Positions 39,792-49,127 of a stretch of 64,000 nucleotides of DNA are shown here, in pieces (within the stretch, counting starts at the first letter, position 1; each line of letters starts with the position of its first letter). The notes beneath the pieces were generated by a model, which was not told the DNA's origin, searched no databases, and worked only from the letters and a program-made list of their open reading frames with translations. A program made the position numbers and the translations under genes. This DNA comes from a virus, in the IMG/VR virus record IMGVR_UViG_3300011116_000922, positions 32,001 to 96,000 of that record. One strand, 5' to 3'.

Positions 39792-40717
39792 TTCGCCACC
39801 TTGGCTACGCCTGTATGAATCTGTCCCTGTGCGAAGGGCGCAAGGCAAAGGATCGGCTTTTCACCGACCGTACTCTGCGTATGGATCGGTTCTCGCTTGA
39901 GCGGGTGGGGGAACTCGCCGTACTCAATACCGCAGACCTTTTGCCCATCCTGCAATGGAATATTGCAAATGGAATTCGGTTTTTCCGTATTGGTAGCGGC
40001 GTGTTCCCCTTCATGGATCACCCCACACTGCGCTACGCTATTGGCGACCTCCATCCACAGCACGAAGCGGCTATCCGTAAGTCTCTTGCGGACGCGGGTG
40101 CGTATGCCAAGGCACACGGGATGCGCCTGTCGTGCCATCCCGGTCCGTACACTTGCATTGCCTCACCTGATCCGGACACCGTTGCAAAAAGTGTGCAGTG
40201 CTTGAATATGCATTCACTGATTGCCGACCTGTTGGGCTACGGTGACGAGTTTGCCATCAACATCCACATGGGTGGCGTGTACGGCGACAAGCACTCCACC
40301 GCAGGACGGTTCCTGAAGTCATTCTGCGCGTTGGATCCGTCCATCAAGCGGCGACTCACACTTGAGAATGACGACAAGCCCACAATGTGGAGCATGACCG
40401 AACTGTACACTCAAGTTGCCAAGCACTGCCCCATTAAGTTGGTGTTGGATGTTCACCACCACCGCTTCTGCCATCAGAATTCACTGCGCGAAGCCGCTGC
40501 TATGGCATTCAGCACATGGGACGGCTTTTGCGAAATTCCCAAGGTACACTACTCGGAGTCCAAGGCAGGAGCGCGACCGCAAGCCCACTCGGACTATATT
40601 TGTGAAGAAATTCCTCTACTGTCGGATACGGTGGAGTACGATGTGATGATTGAAGCCAAGGCAAAGGACTTGGCACTTCTTGAGTATCGAAAGGCTCATA
40701 CCCCATGTTTGCTGTGA
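39788..40717 (+). CDS. uvsE: UV damage endonuclease
   Basis: LGYAC, RLSCHPG, NIHMGG, LENDDK, LDVHHH, HYSES, AHSD and MIEAKAKD. Confidence 0.93.
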   Translation: MIRHLGYACMNLSLCEGRKAKDRLFTDRTLRMDRFSLERVGELAVLNTADLLPILQWNIANGIRFFRIGSGVFPFMDHPTLRYAIGDLHPQHEAAIRKSLADAGAYAKAHGMRLSCHPGPYTCIASPDPDTVAKSVQCLNMHSLIADLLGYGDEFAINIHMGGVYGDKHSTAGRFLKSFCALDPSIKRRLTLENDDKPTMWSMTELYTQVAKHCPIKLVLDVHHHRFCHQNSLREAAAMAFSTWDGFCEIPKVHYSESKAGARPQAHSDYICEEIPLLSDTVEYDVMIEAKAKDLALLEYRKAHTPCLL

Positions 40718-41139
40718 TTCTCGCTACCGTGATTTGCTCTGCTGCCCACCCCGATCAGACGGGCAAGCCGTATCCCGTGCTGCCGCTGTCTGCACACTTT
40801 TATACCGTTGACAACCTGTTGGATGCCATGTACACTGTGGAGTCTAATCGCGGCAAGATTACTGTTGGCGACAACGGCAAGGCAATTGGTCCGTATCAGA
40901 TTTGGCGTGAGTACTGGCAGGACGCTGTTGAGTTCGACAAGACCATCGGCGGCAAGTACGAGGACTGCATGAACAAGGAGTATGCCGAAAAGATTGTTCG
41001 TGCGTACTGGAAGCGATACGCACCCAAGGGTGCAACGCTTGAGCAGTTGGCGCGTATTCACAACGGCGGACCGCAGGGACACACGCGCACTGCAACTTTG
41101 AAGTATTGGAAGAAGATTGTAAAGGAGATGACCAAGTGA
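40705..41139 (+). CDS. Secreted lysozyme-like protein (i-type/destabilase-like)
   Basis: Hydrophobic N-terminus; VES, GPYQI...YW.DA and ARIHNGGP. Confidence 0.75.
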   Translation: MFAVILATVICSAAHPDQTGKPYPVLPLSAHFYTVDNLLDAMYTVESNRGKITVGDNGKAIGPYQIWREYWQDAVEFDKTIGGKYEDCMNKEYAEKIVRAYWKRYAPKGATLEQLARIHNGGPQGHTRTATLKYWKKIVKEMTK

Positions 41140-41531
41140 GCAAGCCATTCGGATATTCGTATTACCTTGATATGTACAATTGCCGCATCGGTGCAGCCGA
41201 TGACTTGGAGTTGCACTACCGCTTTCTTGAGCGCGTGGTGGACAAGATCGGCATGACCCGCATGAGTCAGCCCGTAGTCATGCACGGTCCAACGAACCAC
41301 GGCACGGAACTGTACCCCGACAAGGCAGGGGTAAGCGGTTGGGTTCCACTCATTGAGAGCGGAATTCAGATTCACTCAATGGAGCCAAAGCGGTTCATCA
41401 CGCTTGATGTGTACTCCTGCAACAAGTTCGACAAGGACATCATTCTCAACTACGCACGGGAGTGTTTTGGCTTTGAAGGGCACGAAGAGAACTTCTTTGT
41501 ACGCGGCAAGGGATACGGAGACATTGAATGA
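41136..41531 (+). CDS. speD: S-adenosylmethionine decarboxylase proenzyme-like
   Basis: LDMYNC, GVSG...LIES (pyruvoyl self-cleavage site), IHS and LDVYSC. Confidence 0.8.
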   Translation: MSKPFGYSYYLDMYNCRIGAADDLELHYRFLERVVDKIGMTRMSQPVVMHGPTNHGTELYPDKAGVSGWVPLIESGIQIHSMEPKRFITLDVYSCNKFDKDIILNYARECFGFEGHEENFFVRGKGYGDIE

Positions 41532-42448
41532 GTGAAACCGAAGACGCTTGCCTACGCGAATACGAAAAGAACCACTGTTGGCAATACGACATCCGCCTCC
41601 GCAACCGCGAGGAGGATCTTAAAGCCGCAGGACTCACGGAGGAGGTCGCACAGACCCTCCGTGTTTCGCATTTCACATTCCGCCCCATTACTTCTGCCGA
41701 GGACAAGGCAGAGGCAGTGGAGTTCATCAAGCGTCACGAATGGCTAGGCACTCTTTCGCAGTACACCACGCACTGGTTTGGCGCGTACTACCACGATCCC
41801 GATCAGGGCTTGGTGGGCAAGGACATTCTTGCGGGTGTGTGCTTGATGAATCTGCCCAATGCATTTTCTAAATTGCTTGGGGAAGACACCAAGAAAATCG
41901 AACGGCTCATCAGCCGTGGGGCTTGTGTGTCGTGGAGTCCCAAGAATCTTGCAAGTTCATTTCTTATGTGGTGCTGCGGGTGGATGGTAAAGAATTCGCC
42001 GTACCGCCTGTTTACCGCGTACTCTGATCCCACCGCAAAGGAACTGGGCACGATCTACCAAGCGTGTAACTTCTACTATTTGGGAAATGAAAGCGGAACC
42101 ACCACGCGGTACATCAACCCGTACACGGGCAAAGTGGTGAGCGACCGATTCTTCCGGGTGCGTTCTGCGTACAAGAAGTACGCCAAGGAACTTGGGATCC
42201 CGTGGGAAAAGGATTGGAACAACGATCAGAGTATGCTGTGGGAGAACATCCCGGACAATGTGGAAAAGCAGTTGCGGGAACACTCCAAGAAGAAGCAGCA
42301 GGGTGCAACCAAGATCACCATGCCAAGCAAGCACAAGTATGCGTTCGTGCTTGGTGCAACAAAAGCCGAAACCAAAAAGTTGCGGCAGGAGTTTGAGACA
42401 CGGAACGCAAATATCATCAAGCCGTATCCAAAGGATCGTGGCAAATGA
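41528..42448 (+). CDS. Mom-like (GNAT-fold) DNA adenine modification enzyme
   Basis: FIKRHEWL, PKNLAS.F, AYSD....GTIYQACNF.YLG and KHKY, matching the Mom family pattern. Confidence 0.7.
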   Translation: MSETEDACLREYEKNHCWQYDIRLRNREEDLKAAGLTEEVAQTLRVSHFTFRPITSAEDKAEAVEFIKRHEWLGTLSQYTTHWFGAYYHDPDQGLVGKDILAGVCLMNLPNAFSKLLGEDTKKIERLISRGACVSWSPKNLASSFLMWCCGWMVKNSPYRLFTAYSDPTAKELGTIYQACNFYYLGNESGTTTRYINPYTGKVVSDRFFRVRSAYKKYAKELGIPWEKDWNNDQSMLWENIPDNVEKQLREHSKKKQQGATKITMPSKHKYAFVLGATKAETKKLRQEFETRNANIIKPYPKDRGK

Positions 42449-42981
42449 GTACAGACGAAACATGGTTGCCTCTTAAACGGTTTGGCAAGGTGATTCCCGA
42501 TTATGTCATTTCCGATCAGGGAAGAGTGCGAAAAATAAGCACCAACGAAATTCTCACACCAAACACCACGGGTCAGCCCGACAAGGGGTGGGCAGCACTG
42601 TGCGTCAGCATACGAATCCCGTCTACCGATTTTTTTGGTGAGGAGTACAGGTACGCATCACGCAGCATTACTGTGAGAATTCACAGGCTTGTCATGGAAG
42701 CGTTTCGTCCTATTGACGAATATCCGCCCATTCCCAAGAGTGATTGGGAAGCCGCGCCGGAAAGTGCAAAGCAGTTCATCCGTGAAAGTGTGCTGATAGA
42801 TCACATAAACAACGATCCCCTAGATAATCGTTTGGAGAATCTGCGGTGGATTTCGGCTCTGCAAAATAGCGGAGTGCGAAAGAAAGCCAAGATGTTAAAA
42901 GACGGAATTGAATTGCCGCAAAAGCGTGAAGTAAAAATTAAAGAATCATCAACCTCAACATTAGAAAGTGTATTCGCATGA
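42445..42981 (+). mobile_element. NUMOD4-HNH homing endonuclease
   Basis: Y.ISDQGRVR, IHRLVMEAF and DHINNDPLDNRLENLRW. Confidence 0.85.
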
Positions 42982-43244
42982 AGAATAAGTTCAAGCCAAT
43001 TGGAAAGTGGATCGCGGTTCAGACAAACTTGGGCGGCGAAAAGACCACCGAAGCGGGAATCATTTATACGGAGAAGGTGAAGAGCCGACTAATTTGGAGT
43101 ACCGTGGTGGCAGTCAGCCCCGATCTCACCGAGGACATTAAAGTGGGAGACAAGGTGCTTTGGGACTTGACGAAGAACGCAGGTCGCGGGTATGATGGCA
43201 AGGATATGGTTCATCAGGATTGGGTCGAACTCGTAGATCGCTAA
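42978..43244 (+). CDS. GroES-like co-chaperonin
   Basis: KPIG..IAV, T.AGII, VVAV and IKVGDKVL. Confidence 0.75.
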   Translation: MKNKFKPIGKWIAVQTNLGGEKTTEAGIIYTEKVKSRLIWSTVVAVSPDLTEDIKVGDKVLWDLTKNAGRGYDGKDMVHQDWVELVDR

Positions 43245-43253
43245 AGGAGCATC

Positions 43254-45809
43254 GTGGACTTTTACACTTCCGTTGATATTCGTGGCAAGAACATCCTGTA
43301 CCGTGGATGGAAGAACGGGCAGCGGCAGCACATTCGTGTTCCGTTCTGTCCCACTCTGTACATTCCAAGCAACAAGGACAAGACCGAATTCACCACGATC
43401 AACGGCAATCCCGTTGAGCCTGTTCAGTTTGACGGCATTCAGGAAGCGCGAGAGTTTATTGACCGCTTCAAGGATGTGTCCAACTACTCCGTGTACGGCA
43501 ACACGAACTTTGTGTACCAGTACTTGTACAAGGAGTTTCCCAACGAGGTGGAATACAATTTCAATGCCCTGAAGATTGCCAATCTAGACATTGAGACTTC
43601 CTGCGAAGGCGGATTCCCCAATGTGGATTCGCCCATCGAGCGTATCCTTGCCCTTACCGTTTCAATGGGCGGCAAGACCTATATGTTGGGATTGGGAGAC
43701 TTCCATATCGTGGAAGAAGGAGTCCAGTACACGCCATACGAGGACGAGCGCGAAATGATTGCTGCGTTCGTGGAGTTGTGGAAGTGGCTTGATCCCGATG
43801 TCGTGACGGGGTGGAACATCCGGTTCTTCGATATTCCGTACCTTGTGGCACGGATGAACCGCCTTGAAGAAGAGTGGGGAAACTGCCTGTCGCCTTGGGG
43901 ACGGTTGCGGGAAACCAACATCACCCGCATGGGACGGGAGCAGAAGGCATATGTGATTAGTGGCATTGCCCAACTGGATTACTTTGAGTTGTATCAGACA
44001 TTCACCTATGTGAAGCAGGAGTCGTACACCCTGAACCATATTGCAAAGGTGGAATTGAATGAAGGCAAGTTGTCGTATGGCGAGTACGAAACCATTCAGG
44101 AATTCTACACCAAAGACTTTCAGAAGTTCATGGAGTATAACCTGCAAGATGTGCGGCTTGTGGACAAACTGGAATCCAAACTGAAACTCATGGAACTGGC
44201 AGTAGCCTTGGCGTATTCTGCCCATGTGAATCTTGAGGATGTGTTTTCGCAAGTCCGCACATGGGATGCCATTATCCACCACCACTTGATGAGCAAGGGC
44301 ATGGTGATTCCGCAGAAGAAGACCAACGACAAGGACGAGCAGTACGCGGGTGCGTATGTCAAGGATCCCCTTGTGGGCAAGCACGATTGGGTGGTGAGTT
44401 TCGACTTGAACTCCCTGTATCCCCACCTTATCATGCAGTACAATATTTCCCCTGAAACCAAGGATCCCAATCCGGTTTGGAAGCGCGGAGTGATTAGCCC
44501 CGACTCCATCTTGAGCCGCAATCGTGGTCAGCCTGTAACCACATTCATTGATCCTGCGGAATATCTGAATGACGCAAAGCGGTGCAACATGGCTATAGCC
44601 GCCAACGGCGTTGCGTTCCGGCGTGATCGGCAGGGGTTCCTGCCTGAACTCATGGAGAAGATGTACGCAGAACGCAAGCACTACAAGGGCTTGATGATTG
44701 CCGCGCAGAAGCGGTTGGTGGACTTGGACAAGACTGCCCCTGCGGAAGAGCGGCAGCGGATTGAGTACGAGATTTCCAAGTACCACAACTTCCAGTTGGT
44801 TCGTAAGATTCAGTTGAACTCTGCTTACGGCGCAATCGGCAACCAGTACTTCCGGTTCTTTGATGTGGCACTCGCGGAAGCCATTACCCTGTCGGGGCAG
44901 TTGAGCATTCAATGGATTGGTGACGCACTCAACCGCTTCCTGAACAAAGTGCTGAAGAAGGAAGGCGAGGACTATGTGATTGCTTCCGACACGGACTCCG
45001 TGTATCTGCGCCTTGGCGATGTGGTGAAGCAGTCCATCAAGGACGAGAGCGACACGCAGAAGATCGTGGACTTTCTGAACCAGTTCTGTGATCGGGTGCT
45101 TCAGCCGTACATTGACAAGCAGTTCGAAGAACTGGCTTCCATTATGAATGCGTATGCCGACAAGATGGCAATGGGACGCGAAGTCATTGCAGAGCGAGGC
45201 GTGTGGACTGCCAAGAAGCGGTATATGCTGTCTGTGTGGGATACCGAAGGTGTGCGCTACAAGACTCCCAAGTTCAAGATCATGGGCATGGAGACTGCGC
45301 GTTCGTCCACCCCTGCGTATGTTCGCAAGGCTCTGAAGACCGCGATTGAAATGGTTCTCATGCGGGACGAAGCCACGCTGCAAAGGTATGTCCGCAAGAC
45401 CGAGCAAGAATTCAAGTCCTTGCCTGTTGAGGATGTTGCTTCTCCCCGTGGTGTTTCGAATATTCGTGAGTACTCAACGGAGTCCACGATTTACAAGAAA
45501 GCCACGCCCATTGCGGTGAAGGCAGCACTGCTGCACAACAGCATCGTGAAGAAACTGAAACTGGATCGCAAGTATCGTCTGATTGGCGAAGGCGAGAAGA
45601 TCAAGTTCATTTATCTGAAGACTCCCAATCCAATTCGTGAAACCGTTATTGGATTCACCACATCGCTGCCGAAGGAATTCGAACTTCAGAAATACATTGA
45701 CTACGACACCCAGTTCAACAAGACTTTCTTGGAACCACTCCGTGCCATCACCGATGCGGTGGGATGGAATCCCGAGGAAACGAATACTCTAGATTCACTG
45801 TTTGCTTGA
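43254..45809 (+). CDS. gp43: Family B DNA polymerase
   Basis: DIET (ExoI), SFDLNSLYP, KIQLNSAYG, SDTDS and KKRY. Confidence 0.99.
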   Translation: MDFYTSVDIRGKNILYRGWKNGQRQHIRVPFCPTLYIPSNKDKTEFTTINGNPVEPVQFDGIQEAREFIDRFKDVSNYSVYGNTNFVYQYLYKEFPNEVEYNFNALKIANLDIETSCEGGFPNVDSPIERILALTVSMGGKTYMLGLGDFHIVEEGVQYTPYEDEREMIAAFVELWKWLDPDVVTGWNIRFFDIPYLVARMNRLEEEWGNCLSPWGRLRETNITRMGREQKAYVISGIAQLDYFELYQTFTYVKQESYTLNHIAKVELNEGKLSYGEYETIQEFYTKDFQKFMEYNLQDVRLVDKLESKLKLMELAVALAYSAHVNLEDVFSQVRTWDAIIHHHLMSKGMVIPQKKTNDKDEQYAGAYVKDPLVGKHDWVVSFDLNSLYPHLIMQYNISPETKDPNPVWKRGVISPDSILSRNRGQPVTTFIDPAEYLNDAKRCNMAIAANGVAFRRDRQGFLPELMEKMYAERKHYKGLMIAAQKRLVDLDKTAPAEERQRIEYEISKYHNFQLVRKIQLNSAYGAIGNQYFRFFDVALAEAITLSGQLSIQWIGDALNRFLNKVLKKEGEDYVIASDTDSVYLRLGDVVKQSIKDESDTQKIVDFLNQFCDRVLQPYIDKQFEELASIMNAYADKMAMGREVIAERGVWTAKKRYMLSVWDTEGVRYKTPKFKIMGMETARSSTPAYVRKALKTAIEMVLMRDEATLQRYVRKTEQEFKSLPVEDVASPRGVSNIREYSTESTIYKKATPIAVKAALLHNSIVKKLKLDRKYRLIGEGEKIKFIYLKTPNPIRETVIGFTTSLPKEFELQKYIDYDTQFNKTFLEPLRAITDAVGWNPEETNTLDSLFA

Positions 45810-45851
45810 CCGACACCTACATACTATAACCCTTAACAATGGAGATTTATC

Positions 45852-46187
45852 ATGGCTACCAAGATTTTGAAGATGCGTAGTGGAGAAGAAGTGATCGCAA
45901 GAACCACCGAGAAGTTTGAAGGCGACAAGGTGGTTGCGTATACCCTCAAGAATCCGTGTATGCTTGTGCCCATGCCCGGTCGTGGCAATCAGGGCCCAAG
46001 CCTTGCCATCGTGCCGTGGATGGCATCGGTCAAGCAGGATCAGGGATTTGATATTCCAAAGGATGCCGTGCTGTTCACCGCAGAACCACTGGACGAACTC
46101 GCAAATGAATTTAATAGCGCGTTTGGTTCCGGTCTTGTTGTGCCAACCAAGGACATGGCAGTTCCCTCGCTCAAGTTGACTACTTGA
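45852..46187 (+). CDS. Small Sm-like protein
   Basis: KMRSGEEVIA...PW...FGSGLVVP; similar to the N-terminus of the ORF at 11351. Confidence 0.6.
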   Translation: MATKILKMRSGEEVIARTTEKFEGDKVVAYTLKNPCMLVPMPGRGNQGPSLAIVPWMASVKQDQGFDIPKDAVLFTAEPLDELANEFNSAFGSGLVVPTKDMAVPSLKLTT

Positions 46188-46188
46188 A

Positions 46189-46368
46189 ATGATTCCACCC
46201 GAGGTGGACAAGCCATATATTTGTAACCTCCTGCGGCAACGCAAGGAGTGGTTGCAAAATGAAGTAAAGCGTCTGACCCTTGACAAGTCAGGTTCTTTGG
46301 CTATCATAGAGCAGTATATCCGTGAGATGGAAAACATAGACACACAACGAAAGGCATTGAGCAAATGA
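46189..46368 (+). CDS. 59-aa hypothetical protein (MIPPEVDKPYICNLL...)
   Basis: Fills the gap exactly; ATGA overlap with uvsX. Confidence 0.55.
   Translation: MIPPEVDKPYICNLLRQRKEWLQNEVKRLTLDKSGSLAIIEQYIREMENIDTQRKALSK
46280..46307 (+). promoter_or_regulatory. Sigma70-like promoter upstream of uvsX
   Basis: CCCTTGACA-N16-TATCAT. Confidence 0.55.
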
Positions 46369-47411
46369 AACTGAAGGACATTCTGAAGGCAGCAGGAAAC
46401 AAGTACGCCACCGTAGCCTCTGACGGCTTGGAGGGCAGCGATGTGAAGGGTTACATCTCCACGGGATCGTATGCATTCAACGCCCTGTTGAGCGGTTCCA
46501 TCCACGGTGGAATGCCTGACAACAAGATCATTGCCCTTGCAGGTGAGCAAGCCACGGGCAAGACCTACTTTGCGCTGAATGTGGTTCGGGAATTCCTGAA
46601 CTCCGATCCCAACGCAATGGTCATGTACTTTGACACGGAGCAATCCATTACATCGGATCTGCTGCGGGATCGTGGAATTGACACCGACCGCGTAGCCGTG
46701 CTGCCCGTGGCTACGGTGGAAGAGTTCCGCCACCAGTGTGTTCTCGCGGTGGACAAGTACCTTGAAGCAGACAAGGACTCTCGCCCACGCATGATGATCG
46801 TGTTGGATTCCCTTGGAATGTTGTCCACCGAGAAGGAAATGAACGACACCGCAGAAGGCAAGAACACCCGCGACATGACTCGCGCACAGGTCACGAAGGC
46901 AGCGTTCCGCGTCCTGACCATCAAGTTGGGTCACGCACGGATTCCCCTGCTGATGACAAACCACACCTACGATGTGGTGGGTGCGTATGTTCCAATGAAG
47001 GAGATGGGCGGTGGTAGCGGTCTGAAGTACGCTGCGTCCACCATCATCTACCTGTCCAAGAAGAAGGACAAGGTGGACAACGAGGTGGTGGGCAACATCA
47101 TTCACTGCAAGGCACACAAGAGCCGTTTGACCAAGCAGGACAAGATGGTGGATGTCCAGTTGAATTTTGAAACAGGACTAAACAAGTATTACGGACTGCT
47201 TGACATTGCCATCAAGTACGGTATCTTCAACAAGGTGTCCACGAAGATCCAGTTGCCTGACGGCAAGACTGCGTTTGAGTCGCAGATCAACAAGAACCCC
47301 GAGAAGTACTACACCGAAGACATCCTGAAGGCTATTGACATTGCTGCCAAGAAGGAGTTCTGCTACGGCAAGGACGAGGCTCAACCCGTTGAGGAAGACA
47401 CCGATGGATAA
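46365..47411 (+). CDS. uvsX: RecA-like recombinase UvsX
   Basis: AGEQATGKT, FDTE, LDSLG, DMTRAQ and MGGGSGLKYAAS. Confidence 0.96.
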   Translation: MKLKDILKAAGNKYATVASDGLEGSDVKGYISTGSYAFNALLSGSIHGGMPDNKIIALAGEQATGKTYFALNVVREFLNSDPNAMVMYFDTEQSITSDLLRDRGIDTDRVAVLPVATVEEFRHQCVLAVDKYLEADKDSRPRMMIVLDSLGMLSTEKEMNDTAEGKNTRDMTRAQVTKAAFRVLTIKLGHARIPLLMTNHTYDVVGAYVPMKEMGGGSGLKYAASTIIYLSKKKDKVDNEVVGNIIHCKAHKSRLTKQDKMVDVQLNFETGLNKYYGLLDIAIKYGIFNKVSTKIQLPDGKTAFESQINKNPEKYYTEDILKAIDIAAKKEFCYGKDEAQPVEEDTDG

Positions 47412-47685
47412 GATGGATCGGGAACGGTACATCCGTATCCAAAACGGAGCGGAGGATCTGACACCCGAAGAGGTGGAGGACGGGTGGCATTTTTGTACTG
47501 AATGGGATGATATGTTGATCCATCCCGACCATGACGAGTTTCAGTGCTGCCACTGCTCTTGGATGGACAAATTCCGCACTCCCGAGCGTCAGGCTGCATA
47601 CGAGAAGCGTATGGACGAGTGGCAGAAGCGACAGGAAGCAATGAATAAACTCTCTGATCTAGACGAAGAGTTGGGTCTGTTTTAA
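47404..47685 (+). CDS. Small hypothetical protein (Cys/His-containing)
   Basis: Overlaps the uvsX end; GAGG RBS; WHFC..WD and CCHC. Confidence 0.6.
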   Translation: MDKMDRERYIRIQNGAEDLTPEEVEDGWHFCTEWDDMLIHPDHDEFQCCHCSWMDKFRTPERQAAYEKRMDEWQKRQEAMNKLSDLDEELGLF

Positions 47686-47694
47686 GGAGATATA

Positions 47695-49107
47695 ATGAGC
47701 AGCATTGAACAAACCATTATTGCAGGACTCCTCAACAACGAAGAGTTCTGCAAGAAGGCTGCGCCATTTGTTCAGGAAGAGTACTTTGCGAGTCGATCCG
47801 ACCGTTCGGTATTCCGAGAGATCAAGTCCTTCATGGACAAGTACAAGGGGGTTCCTTCCAAGGAAGCCCTCCTTATCTCTTTGGAGGGTGACAAGTCCCT
47901 GACAGAAGAGGAAGTCAAGCGTTCCCGTGACATGGTTGATACCGTGTCGCGTTCTGCCAAGCAGGACACGCAATGGCTACTGGACACCACGGAGAAGTTC
48001 TGCAAGGACAAAGCCCTGTACAACGCGGTGCTTGAATCCATTCATATCATTGACGGCAAGGACAAGGTGCGTACACCCAATGCCCTGCCTGAAATATTGA
48101 GCAAGGCTCTTTCGGTTTCGTTTGATACAAATATCGGTCACGATTATTTGGAAAACTACGAATCCCGATACGAAGTCCTGCACCGTGAAGAGGACAAGAT
48201 TCCGTTTGACTTGGAGATGTTCAACCTTATCACCAAGGGCGGCGTGTCTCCCAAGACATTCAATGTAATCATGGCAGGAACAGGCGTGGGCAAGTCCCTG
48301 TTCATGTGCCACCACGCCGCTTGCTGCCTGATGCAAAACAAGAATGTCCTGTACATTACGCTTGAAATGGCAGAAGAGCGCATTGCAGAGCGTATTGACG
48401 CAAACATCATGGACATCACAATGGATGAACTCCATGAACTGCCAATGGAAATGTACGAGAAGCGGCTCAAGGCATCCACCCGTGGGGTAAGCGGTAAACT
48501 CATCATCAAGGAGTACCCCACATCGGTGGCAAATGCCAACCACTTCAGAATTCTCATGGACGAACTTAAACTAAAGAAGGGGTTCGTGCCTGATATCGTG
48601 TTCATCGACTATATCAATATTTGTTCTTCTGCTCGTCTAAAGAGCGGTGGCAGCAATGTGAATTCATATAGTTACATCAAGGCAATTGCAGAAGAACTGC
48701 GCGGTCTTGCAATGGAACGGAATGTGCCCATCTTTACAGCCACACAGGTGAACCGTTCAGGATATTCGTCCACCGATGTGGAACTCACCGATACTTCAGA
48801 GTCATTCGGTCTGCCCCACACCGCAGACTTCATGGCAGCACTTATTACAACTGAAGAATTGGAAAAGGCAGGACAGATCATGGTAAAGCAGTTGAAGAAC
48901 CGCTACAATACCAAAGCCGCGAACAAGAAGTTTATCGTGGGTCTGAACTACTCCAAGATGAAGTTCTACGATGTCAAGAAGGACGAATTTGAAGACCTGA
49001 CCGATGCCAAGAGTACCAAGGAAGAAGGTTTCGGCAGCGGGTACGGCAAGCGTGACTTCAACAAGAAGTTTGGTGGCGACAAAGACGCAAGCAGTTGGAA
49101 TTTTTAA
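47695..49107 (+). CDS. gp41: Replicative helicase
   Basis: AGTGVGKS, LEMAEE, IDY, ATQVNR, SESFGLP and QLKNRY. Confidence 0.97.
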   Translation: MSSIEQTIIAGLLNNEEFCKKAAPFVQEEYFASRSDRSVFREIKSFMDKYKGVPSKEALLISLEGDKSLTEEEVKRSRDMVDTVSRSAKQDTQWLLDTTEKFCKDKALYNAVLESIHIIDGKDKVRTPNALPEILSKALSVSFDTNIGHDYLENYESRYEVLHREEDKIPFDLEMFNLITKGGVSPKTFNVIMAGTGVGKSLFMCHHAACCLMQNKNVLYITLEMAEERIAERIDANIMDITMDELHELPMEMYEKRLKASTRGVSGKLIIKEYPTSVANANHFRILMDELKLKKGFVPDIVFIDYINICSSARLKSGGSNVNSYSYIKAIAEELRGLAMERNVPIFTATQVNRSGYSSTDVELTDTSESFGLPHTADFMAALITTEELEKAGQIMVKQLKNRYNTKAANKKFIVGLNYSKMKFYDVKKDEFEDLTDAKSTKEEGFGSGYGKRDFNKKFGGDKDASSWNF

Positions 49108-49127
49108 ATAATCAGGGTATTCCTTAC

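Noticed and set aside
45801-45830. TTTGCTTGA resembling a T4 MotA box
   Set aside because: Single occurrence overlapping the gp43 stop, no motA seen in the window, and the CTACATA late box explains the site
43662-47117. Long minus-strand ORFs (581 aa and 440 aa) and many similar antisense ORFs
   Set aside because: They mirror gp43, uvsX and other well-supported genes and carry no motifs; expected shadows of biased codon usage
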